Positions 57,436-64,000 of a stretch of DNA of 64,000 nucleotides are shown here, in pieces. The translations under genes and the position numbers were made by a program. The notes beneath the pieces are model-generated. The model made no database searches, was not told the origin of the DNA, and saw nothing but the letters and a program-made list of their open reading frames with translations. The DNA is from a virus: the IMG/VR virus record IMGVR_UViG_3300045988_184192; one strand, 5' to 3'. Numbering within the stretch: position 1 is the stretch's first letter; each line of letters opens with the position of its first letter.

Positions 57436-57458
57436 TTAGTACAACGTGTACTAATATC
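57436..57458. promoter_or_regulatory. perfect 9-bp inverted repeat ATTAGTACA-acg-TGTACTAAT (operator candidate)
   Basis: Read directly. About 95 nt upstream of the 57551 gene. Confidence 0.3.
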
Positions 57459-57550
57459 TCACAAGTTAGTAAATAAATAATACTCATTTATTGATTTGTG
57501 AAATATTAGTCACATGGTTATAAGATTAGATTAGAAATGAGGACATTGAA

Positions 57551-58297
57551 ATGACAAAAACTTACTACCAACCTGACTTAACATCTGAATCTATTAGTAC
57601 ATGGTTGATTACAGATTTTAAAACAAATACTCAGTATGTTAATTTTAAACCACTACTTCAAGAATTATTTGATCGATTATATTATACTGAATCTATGTCC
57701 TATTCTAGAACGCAAAATACCAATTTTATTTCAGATAATCATGTCAAATATGCTCTTAAAATGTGGAATGATGCATTATTTCCAGAATTACAATTGGTTG
57801 ATAATCTCAAAAAGATTCACAAAGAAGATCCAAATAATCATCCACATCATTCATTTTATAGCATAGATTATCATAGAAACATTCCGCTAACACCATTCAT
57901 TCCATTTCAAAATAGTCATTCCCATTTGAATCATCATAAACAAAATAGTAATCAAACCACCGCTCAAATTCGATTACAACAACTGTTGTATCAAATCCTA
58001 TACACTATTTTCACATATAAGTTAAAAGGTGACAAAATTCCAAAATCCTATCAAGAAAAAGCTCACAAAGTATTCATCAAATATGTGTTGAAAACATATC
58101 ACATTAACAGTATTGACCAATATAACGAATTGATTTATCTAGATAAATTGATTCAAAATCTAAAAGATATTTATAAATCTCAACGACTCATATCAGGAGA
58201 AATTGCCCATTGTGAACAAAAAATTCAAAATTTACAACACAATCTCAAAATATTTGAAAACAAAGCTCAAGCCATTGAAACATTACTCAATTTTTAA
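57551..58297 (+). CDS. hypothetical protein
   Basis: ORF with GAGG SD. Confidence 0.5.
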   Translation: MTKTYYQPDLTSESISTWLITDFKTNTQYVNFKPLLQELFDRLYYTESMSYSRTQNTNFISDNHVKYALKMWNDALFPELQLVDNLKKIHKEDPNNHPHHSFYSIDYHRNIPLTPFIPFQNSHSHLNHHKQNSNQTTAQIRLQQLLYQILYTIFTYKLKGDKIPKSYQEKAHKVFIKYVLKTYHINSIDQYNELIYLDKLIQNLKDIYKSQRLISGEIAHCEQKIQNLQHNLKIFENKAQAIETLLNF

Positions 58298-58308
58298 CTC
58301 ACTTAATC

Positions 58309-58347
58309 AAACGAGGTCTAGTCAGACCTCGTTACCATTTTTTTGCG
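58309..58347 (+). terminator. rho-independent terminator
   Basis: AAACGAGGTCTAGTCAGACCTCGTT followed by ACCATTTTTTT. Confidence 0.65.
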
Positions 58348-58425
58348 GGTTTTTCTTTTATATTGTACCAATCTTACCCAACACCCATTATGTTATTCCA
58401 TTAAACGTTAGAAAGGTATTCCAAA

Positions 58426-59235
58426 ATGTCAACAACTATTCTTTATCATCAAGCAACTATCAAAGAATTAACCCAACTTTTTGAAACAAAGGTTGTTAAA
58501 AATAAAAATCTATCTCTATCCACAACCGTTCCTAAATCCACACCAACACGATTTGTTTGTATTACCTTAGATTATACAATTCCATATTCAACAAATGTAT
58601 CTGAACTAACAGAATATTCATTGGATCGAGTTATTGACATTTCGTATGATAAGAGTCAATTGGAAAAATTGGATTCAATGGATCAAGACAAGTTCCTTGC
58701 TCAATTGAAAGAATATGAAACTCAAACCATCGCACCTATTTCAGATCAATTTCCAGATTCAAAAAATCAACGTTTTATCATCAATGAACAAGCATCATGG
58801 TATGCAGCTTTACGTAAGATGAAACAATTGCAAAATCGTTACAACATTCCACTATTTGCTGCAACTTATGTAAGTGAATGTTCTTGTTGTGCCACACCAC
58901 ATGACTTTAATGAAGAAGCTTATTTAGATCCAACCAATAAACCAACTACCTTTAGTGAACTTTCATCATATGTTGTTTTTAGTAATTCTTGGAATGCAGG
59001 CGGTGAAGCTGAACTATTAGATGAATTTTGTATGATTTATGATCAAGATTTTCATGAAACACGGTTCCAAAAACAATATATTAAATATCGTACATCAGAC
59101 GCAATCTCCATTGAAACACTCACTGATATTTTAGGGGAATTAGTAGCTTATCTAAATAGCCTATCTCTTAAACAATACACCTTAAAAATTCCAAAAGATA
59201 AATATGAAACATTTGTTATCGATAAAGAAAAATAA
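58426..59235 (+). CDS. hypothetical protein (last gene of the + block)
   Basis: Canonical RBS GTTAGAAAGGTATTCCAAA-ATG. CAACACCC box 47 nt upstream. Confidence 0.5.
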   Translation: MSTTILYHQATIKELTQLFETKVVKNKNLSLSTTVPKSTPTRFVCITLDYTIPYSTNVSELTEYSLDRVIDISYDKSQLEKLDSMDQDKFLAQLKEYETQTIAPISDQFPDSKNQRFIINEQASWYAALRKMKQLQNRYNIPLFAATYVSECSCCATPHDFNEEAYLDPTNKPTTFSELSSYVVFSNSWNAGGEAELLDEFCMIYDQDFHETRFQKQYIKYRTSDAISIETLTDILGELVAYLNSLSLKQYTLKIPKDKYETFVIDKEK

Positions 59236-59260
59236 AAGTCTTACAAATGTAAGACTCTTA
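59233..59260. terminator. bidirectional terminator between convergent operons
   Basis: AAAAGTCTTACA-aatg-TAAGACTCTT. Confidence 0.5.
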
Positions 59261-60067
59261 CCACCATCTTGTCCACTTTGTTTCAAAGTAGTCTTGTAAT
59301 TCTTTTGGTGCTTCATTGATAGCTTTTTGTTCAAGATATTTACCACGAACAATTAAGCGTTTTGTAGCTTCTAAATCTGTACAAGTAACTAACGTAATCC
59401 ATTTCTCACCCTCAATTTCAGGGTCATTGGTTACATACCCATCATTAGGTGTTACTTCAAAGACATCTGTCGTTTCATAAGTATAAATGTACTTATCATC
59501 ACGTAGATAAATCTTTTGACCCACTTTAGAACGATGTAGCGGTGTGAACAATAATTTCTGAGATCCGTAACCCTCAAAGATAGAGTGACTAGCTAATGTA
59601 TAGTTACCTGTACCCATAACCTGATTGTCTTTCATGGTACCTGCGCCAACAGATAGATTCTCATTTGCTAAACCTTTGAAAATTGGTAAATTCATACCAA
59701 TATCTGGAATAGCAATATTACCAATTACTGGTAAATTGGTGTAATTGTGACCCACCATATCAGCAGATGTTAAACCTTGGACATTATTCGGATTGAAATC
59801 ACCCTCAACATCTTGGTTTGCATGAATCATTCGTGACGTTGGATGGTCATAACTTCGTGTATAAAACTGAGATACAAAATTTGCAACAGATTGATGAAAG
59901 ACTAGTCCTAGACCAACCGTCATCAATAGGAAAACAAGAAGTCCAAATAAGAATCGTTTCCATTTGGATCTTGGTTTAGAAGATGAATGATACTTTTGAG
60001 AACGAGATAAGTTCTCAGTATCTTTATTCATTTGTGTCATGTGATTCACCACTTTCGTTTTCATCAC
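59258..60067 (-). CDS. srtA: sortase A-type (class A) transpeptidase
   Basis: N-terminal TM anchor. Catalytic LVTCT cysteine motif. Conserved His and Arg regions (TLASHSIF, RLIVRG). Confidence 0.8.
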   Translation of the reverse strand: MMKTKVVNHMTQMNKDTENLSRSQKYHSSSKPRSKWKRFLFGLLVFLLMTVGLGLVFHQSVANFVSQFYTRSYDHPTSRMIHANQDVEGDFNPNNVQGLTSADMVGHNYTNLPVIGNIAIPDIGMNLPIFKGLANENLSVGAGTMKDNQVMGTGNYTLASHSIFEGYGSQKLLFTPLHRSKVGQKIYLRDDKYIYTYETTDVFEVTPNDGYVTNDPEIEGEKWITLVTCTDLEATKRLIVRGKYLEQKAINEAPKELQDYFETKWTRWW

Positions 60068-61007
60068 TAGCAGCTGTTCGTTTTAGTTTAAATGGAACAA
60101 CCTTATCATTAAGTTTCAAATCGTCTTCATTCACATCATGAACTTTTGAAAAACGTAAGGCGTGTAGATGATTAGGATCATCTGACTTTTGAGGTTTAGA
60201 TTCCACATTAATCTTTGGCAATTTGTCCAAATTTTGATAAACTGTATCAATGGTATCCATCATATCATTCAGATACATTTCTTTAACAGGAATCAAGTCC
60301 TCATCTGGATGTAGTTCAATAGATTTACTAGTTGTGACAAAACCTAGTGAAAAGTTCTCCGTATAAACTGTTTTAATGCGAGCCACTTTCACATTAACAT
60401 CGGTATAAGGTTTATTCAAACCTAATACCCAATGATCATAACTCACAGTATAAGATTCAACACTAAAGGCTTCATCTTCATCCGCATTGAATCGATTTAA
60501 CAAGAGAGCATTTACACCAAAATTTGTAACCATATAGATAACAGTTGAAATAGTAACCAATACAACTAAATCTAAATAACTATATGTTTTAAGTTTATCA
60601 ACTGAAATAATATTAGCCATTGACACCAATAAGCCAATAAACAATAAAATGTTTTGTCGCACTTCTGAACCAAAATTATCACGTTTCACAAAAAACGTAA
60701 ATATTTTAACCATAACTGCTATCACAAATGTAAATAACAAAAGTGTGTAAAATTGATGTAGTGATTTAGCTAATTCAGGATTATGATCCATTACGGAACG
60801 AACAACAAACATAGTTGTTAACATAGGAATACAGTATTTAAATACATAACTGATAATCAGTAAGATACTATGTAACAATCCTCGACTCAATCCATTTACC
60901 AATGGAGTGTTTTCATTCAGTATTTTTTGTGTTTCATCAACCGTTTGTTTATAAGATTCTTTTAATTTCTTAAACATAATTTTAACCTTTCTTATATGTT
61001 CATTCAA
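60024..61007 (-). CDS. polytopic membrane protein of unknown function
   Basis: Several hydrophobic helices. Overlaps the sortase A gene start by about 40 nt. Same operon. Confidence 0.5.
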   Translation of the reverse strand: MNEHIRKVKIMFKKLKESYKQTVDETQKILNENTPLVNGLSRGLLHSILLIISYVFKYCIPMLTTMFVVRSVMDHNPELAKSLHQFYTLLLFTFVIAVMVKIFTFFVKRDNFGSEVRQNILLFIGLLVSMANIISVDKLKTYSYLDLVVLVTISTVIYMVTNFGVNALLLNRFNADEDEAFSVESYTVSYDHWVLGLNKPYTDVNVKVARIKTVYTENFSLGFVTTSKSIELHPDEDLIPVKEMYLNDMMDTIDTVYQNLDKLPKINVESKPQKSDDPNHLHALRFSKVHDVNEDDLKLNDKVVPFKLKRTAASDENESGESHDTNE

Positions 61008-61591
61008 GTCGAAATCTCAACATCATTGATCAGGTCATAGACCTTGTTGAAATTTTCCATTTTAACTGGATATAGATCATTGTCAATACCTCGTATTACA
61101 ATTTCGCCTGGATACAAGTGTTCAACTCCCTCAAGAGTTTGGACTAAGATAGATCCGCGTTTTAGAACGTCTTCTATCAACTCATATCGCTGCAAATCTT
61201 CTAATGCATTTGTAGTATGATAGCCCATAAATTGCAATACTTTTAGAATAGACTTGGGTTCTAATTTGTTGAAAATCATACCCTCAATCTCATAAGACTT
61301 TTTCTTGTAAATATGACCACCAATCTTAACATAGGTTTTTAAGAAGATATCATGGTCAATAGCCCAATAACATTGGTCTGTATTCACTTCATAAATCACC
61401 CAATCGCCACGTTTTAGAGCAATATCTCCACGCTCCTTTTGAATATAAATGGTACCTGTTTCGTCATCATAACGAACAGGCTCATTTTTATTTTCAGAAA
61501 GCATTTTGATAAATTCATCTAAAACAATGGAATGATTGTATCGAACTGCCCAAACCTCAATAGGTTTACGACGTGCTTTAATAAATGTCAT
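61004..61591 (-). CDS. hypothetical protein
   Basis: ORF in the minus-strand operon. No motif. Confidence 0.45.
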   Translation of the reverse strand: MTFIKARRKPIEVWAVRYNHSIVLDEFIKMLSENKNEPVRYDDETGTIYIQKERGDIALKRGDWVIYEVNTDQCYWAIDHDIFLKTYVKIGGHIYKKKSYEIEGMIFNKLEPKSILKVLQFMGYHTTNALEDLQRYELIEDVLKRGSILVQTLEGVEHLYPGEIVIRGIDNDLYPVKMENFNKVYDLINDVEIST

Positions 61592-61611
61592 TTTATTACC
61601 TTATCATTTGT

Positions 61612-62346
61612 TTATTTATTCTTAGTCATTCGATGATGAATGTAAATAGCAATCAAAGATCCACAGCCAATGGTCAATAATGTTAAAATAACAATTGTCT
61701 CTTTACCCATTGAAAAGCTGAAATCTTCCACACCTGAATCATCTACAACCTTAGACTTATATTTGAACTCACCTTTAATCAACAACCGATGAGTATTGAT
61801 TCCATAAGGAGTACAAGTTACCAAGGTTACTTCAGATTTGTCTGTTATCTTATTTGGCAATTGTGCATAATGTTCCGTTTCTTCAGGAGTTAAAACTTCT
61901 GTATCACGAACGTTGTATTTGTAATAATAATCACCAATTCGGACTACAAATTCATCACCTTTTTTCAACTCGTCTAATCGTGTGAACAACATATCGGCTC
62001 CTGGTACACCATTGTGACCAGTTAGAACACTTTTAGAACCTGTTGTATCAAGTGGAAAAGCTGTATCTTCTACATGTCCTACACCTTGCATCAAGACTTC
62101 ATCTGATGTTCCATGATAGATAGGTAATTTTAACCCAATCTTTTTCACCATGAGAACACCAATAATTCCATTGTTCTTAGGAAAAATAGATGAATATTCT
62201 TTCAAACTATTAGTCGCTTGAACAGTTGATTGACCGTTATACAAGGATACAATTTGATCATTATAGGCAGATGCTTTCTTAATTTGTTCATCTGTATAAG
62301 AAACATCTTTAGAAACAGTCTTCTCATATGTTCCGATTGCCGTCAG
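61612..62346 (-). pseudogene. class C (pilus-type) sortase, 5'-truncated
   Basis: TLVTCTPYG catalytic motif plus a C-terminal TM anchor (class C hallmarks). The reading frame stays open upstream of the annotated TTG as ...TAIGTYEKTVSKDVSYTDEQIKKASAYNDQIVS. It has no start codon or signal/TM segment and ends at the stop at 62347-62349, where the IS flank begins. Confidence 0.65.
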
Positions 62347-62349
62347 TCA

Positions 62350-62560
62350 AAAGTACGAAAAATCATAAAATAAATAACACAATTGACATTCCCATATTGA
62401 GCCAAATTTTGCTAAAAGCTACTCTTTGTTTGATATACTCATGATTTTCAGGGCGTGTATATTAGAGTGGTTCGGCTTTACGGCTAACCTACCACTAAAA
62501 CTAATTACCTCTAGTTTTCAAAGGCAATAAAACAATTCAATTAAGTTAGTACATATCTGT
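62350..62560 (-). ncRNA. expected omega-RNA/right-end region of tnpB #2 (inferred)
   Basis: The 3' flank of tnpB on the minus strand contains a GC-richer structured stretch (…AGCCGTAAAGCCGAACCACTCTAATATACACGCCCTGAAAATCATGAG…). The guide portion would be templated by the adjacent sortase-remnant DNA. Confidence 0.25.
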
Positions 62561-63776
62561 CTGTTTTTGCAATATTCAATGAAGCATTGAAGTCTCTATC
62601 TATATTCATTTGACAGTTAGTACAATGATAGAATCGTTGACTGAGTTTCAAATCTTTTTGATAATTACCACAATTTGAACAAGTTTTACTAGAGGGATAA
62701 AATCTATCCACTAACCTTACAGCTATATAGCGTTCAGCGGCCTTTCTAATAAGATGTTCTCTGATAGTGTAAAAAGAACAATTAGCAATATCTTTTGCAA
62801 GATGTTTGTTTTTCATCAGTCCTTTTACATTCAAATCCTCAATTGCAATATATTGCGGTTGTTTTTTAACTAAAACGGAGACAAATTTACGAATATGGTT
62901 GATACGGATATTCCTTATTGAACGGTGTATCAATTTAATTTGTCTTTCTAACTTAATAATATTCTTTGTTTTATTGTATTTGTTGCATTTATTAATAAGG
63001 TATTTACGAGACACCTTACGTTGTAGTCGCTTTAGACGTTTATTCAAGATACGGACTCGTCTGAACGTCTTGATATTAGGTACACTGGTTCCGTCAGATA
63101 CCGTCGCAAGTATTTTAATTCCTAAATCAATTCCAACACCATCTGTATAATTTGGTAAATCGGTTACTTGAATTTCAATATCTTCAGTATAGGATAAGTA
63201 CCAATATTTTCCATCAAAAGAGATATTGGCAACTTGCTTCTTGCAAGATAAGTTGAAATCTTTTCTAATAGAACCAAAATGTACTTCTCCAATAGTTGGT
63301 ATTTGGAGTTTACCATTACCTTTCAAATAAATACGACTAGGGCATTTTCTGTTAGAAAAAATATCGCAACGTACATTGAAATTTGGCTGAACTTTGTCAA
63401 TGCTCCTAAATTTCAATCGTCCTTTATTTTGTTTCCTAATTTTCACCAATTTTCTAGAAAGAAAGTTATAGATAAAGGATTGATTTGGTTGATAATACCA
63501 AGACCATTTATCTTCATCATAATTATTAGCAATAACAATCTTGACAAGTTTGAGGTAATCTGATGGATTGAGATTATATATCTCTCTATCATAGAATTTT
63601 GAATAGTAAGTTTTGTTTCCATTTTTATTCAAAATCTCATCAAATTCGCCTTTGTTATTACGTTTGTCAATATCAACTAGAAGATTCCAGAAATTACGTG
63701 AAACTTTACTATACCACCATGCAAGACGTTCTTGTTCTTTGGTTAGCTTCAGTCTAATTTTCTGACTTCTCATCAC
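62541..63776 (-). CDS. tnpB: TnpB (RuvC-like RNA-guided nuclease), catalytically intact
   Basis: RuvC-I GVGIDLGI (D), RuvC-II YIAIEDLNVKGLMKN (E), zinc finger CSNCG...CTNC, RuvC-III IDRDFNASLN (D). The C-terminal third is very similar to tnpB #1. GTG/ATG start. Confidence 0.9.
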   Translation of the reverse strand: MMRSQKIRLKLTKEQERLAWWYSKVSRNFWNLLVDIDKRNNKGEFDEILNKNGNKTYYSKFYDREIYNLNPSDYLKLVKIVIANNYDEDKWSWYYQPNQSFIYNFLSRKLVKIRKQNKGRLKFRSIDKVQPNFNVRCDIFSNRKCPSRIYLKGNGKLQIPTIGEVHFGSIRKDFNLSCKKQVANISFDGKYWYLSYTEDIEIQVTDLPNYTDGVGIDLGIKILATVSDGTSVPNIKTFRRVRILNKRLKRLQRKVSRKYLINKCNKYNKTKNIIKLERQIKLIHRSIRNIRINHIRKFVSVLVKKQPQYIAIEDLNVKGLMKNKHLAKDIANCSFYTIREHLIRKAAERYIAVRLVDRFYPSSKTCSNCGNYQKDLKLSQRFYHCTNCQMNIDRDFNASLNIAKTDRYVLT

Positions 63777-63930
63777 GTTCTACCTTTTCCAAAACAGCTT
63801 TATTAATATAAGCTGATAAACTCATATCTAGTTTATCCGCCATAGCCTGCACTCTTGCTTTATCAATTGGATAAATTTTGAAAGCGGTATGTACCTTAAC
63901 ACCCTTTTTAGATTTTGGTCTTCCTACCAT
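63754..63930 (-). CDS. small ribbon-helix-helix (CopG/Arc-like) protein, 58 aa, overlapping the tnpB start
   Basis: MVGRPKSKKGVKVHTAFKIYPIDKARVQAMADKLDMSLSAYINKAVLEKVERDEKSEN. Basic N-terminus with a beta-strand-like K-V-H-T-A-F-K-I, then two helices (RHH pattern). AAGGAG SD 8 nt upstream. Not in the ORF track (below 60 aa). Confidence 0.5.
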   Translation of the reverse strand: MVGRPKSKKGVKVHTAFKIYPIDKARVQAMADKLDMSLSAYINKAVLEKVERDEKSEN

Positions 63931-63961
63931 AGTTTTATCTCCTTAATTATTTGATAAAACT

Positions 63962-63990
63962 ATTATAGCATATTGTGTAATATAATGCAA
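63962..63990 (-). promoter_or_regulatory. sigma-A promoter on the minus strand (TTGCAT-17-TATAAT) driving the RHH-tnpB unit
   Basis: Minus-strand TTGCAT at 63990-63985, 17-nt spacer, TATAAT at 63967-63962, then AAGGAG and the ATG at 63930. Confidence 0.5.
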
Positions 63991-64000
63991 CTTATTTTAT

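Larger units (their letters stand above)
62350..63990 (-). mobile_element. IS200/IS605-family-like element: small RHH ORF + tnpB, no tnpA visible; ends approximate
   Basis: An intact tnpB preceded by its own promoter and a 58-aa ORF. It disrupts the sortase C gene. Confidence 0.55.

Noticed and set aside
62806-63563. Plus-strand ORFs 62806-63150 and 63279-63563
   Set aside because: Antisense to the well-supported tnpB CDS. No start signals.
62541-63776. tnpB #2 as a nuclease-dead TldR-like transcription factor (because it is paired with an RHH ORF and a promoter)
   Set aside because: All three RuvC catalytic residues (D in GIDLGI, E in IEDLN, D in IDRDFN) and the CxxC...CxxC zinc finger are intact. 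The protein is full length (411 aa).
1-64000. tRNA/rRNA genes
   Set aside because: No cloverleaf-compatible segments with a GTTCGAATC-type T-loop or a CCA-adjacent acceptor stem were found. No rRNA-like conserved blocks.

Overview
This window is AT-rich (roughly one-third GC by eye). It looks like accessory DNA from a low-GC Gram-positive bacterium, probably Lactobacillales: it carries YSIRK signal peptides, LPXTG anchors, sortases and strong Firmicute Shine-Dalgarno sequences. It is most likely part of a large phage or a conjugative-plasmid/ICE-like element. Left flank (1-7.1 kb): an iteron-like repeat region, an LPXTG surface protein, a beta-class DNA methyltransferase, an IS607-like element (serine-recombinase tnpA split by a frameshift plus an intact tnpB) and a flotillin/SPFH protein. 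Core (7.1-59.2 kb): about 85 tightly packed genes on the + strand. Almost all are preceded by the same extended SD, TAGAAAGG. Most encode small acidic proteins with no recognisable function. The recognisable ones are: two standalone DUF262 (ParB-like) proteins; a DUF2786 protein; a NADAR (YbiA-like) protein; a leaderless ComGC-like pseudopilin; a 1448-aa YSIRK/LPXTG repeat adhesin; a HipA/PI3-4K-like kinase; a membrane-anchored EndA/NucA-like nuclease followed by a small candidate inhibitor and a CcdA/DsbD-like thiol-disulfide membrane protein; a LysM + IsaA-like transglycosylase; a tandem paralog pair; a dUTPase; an M/PrgA-like coiled-coil LPXTG protein; a signal peptidase I; a PD-(D/E)xK-like protein; a SAM methyltransferase; and a LysM-G5 wall protein. 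Two minus-strand insertions interrupt the block: a small Tyr-rich secreted peptide and a 519-aa PcfJ-like protein. A GC-rich CAACACCA box recurs about 12 times upstream of genes. Right flank (59.2-64 kb): a minus-strand operon of sortase A, a membrane protein, an unknown protein and a class C sortase. The sortase C gene is 5'-truncated by an IS200/IS605-like element consisting of a small RHH ORF and an intact tnpB. I found no rRNA, tRNA or CRISPR array.
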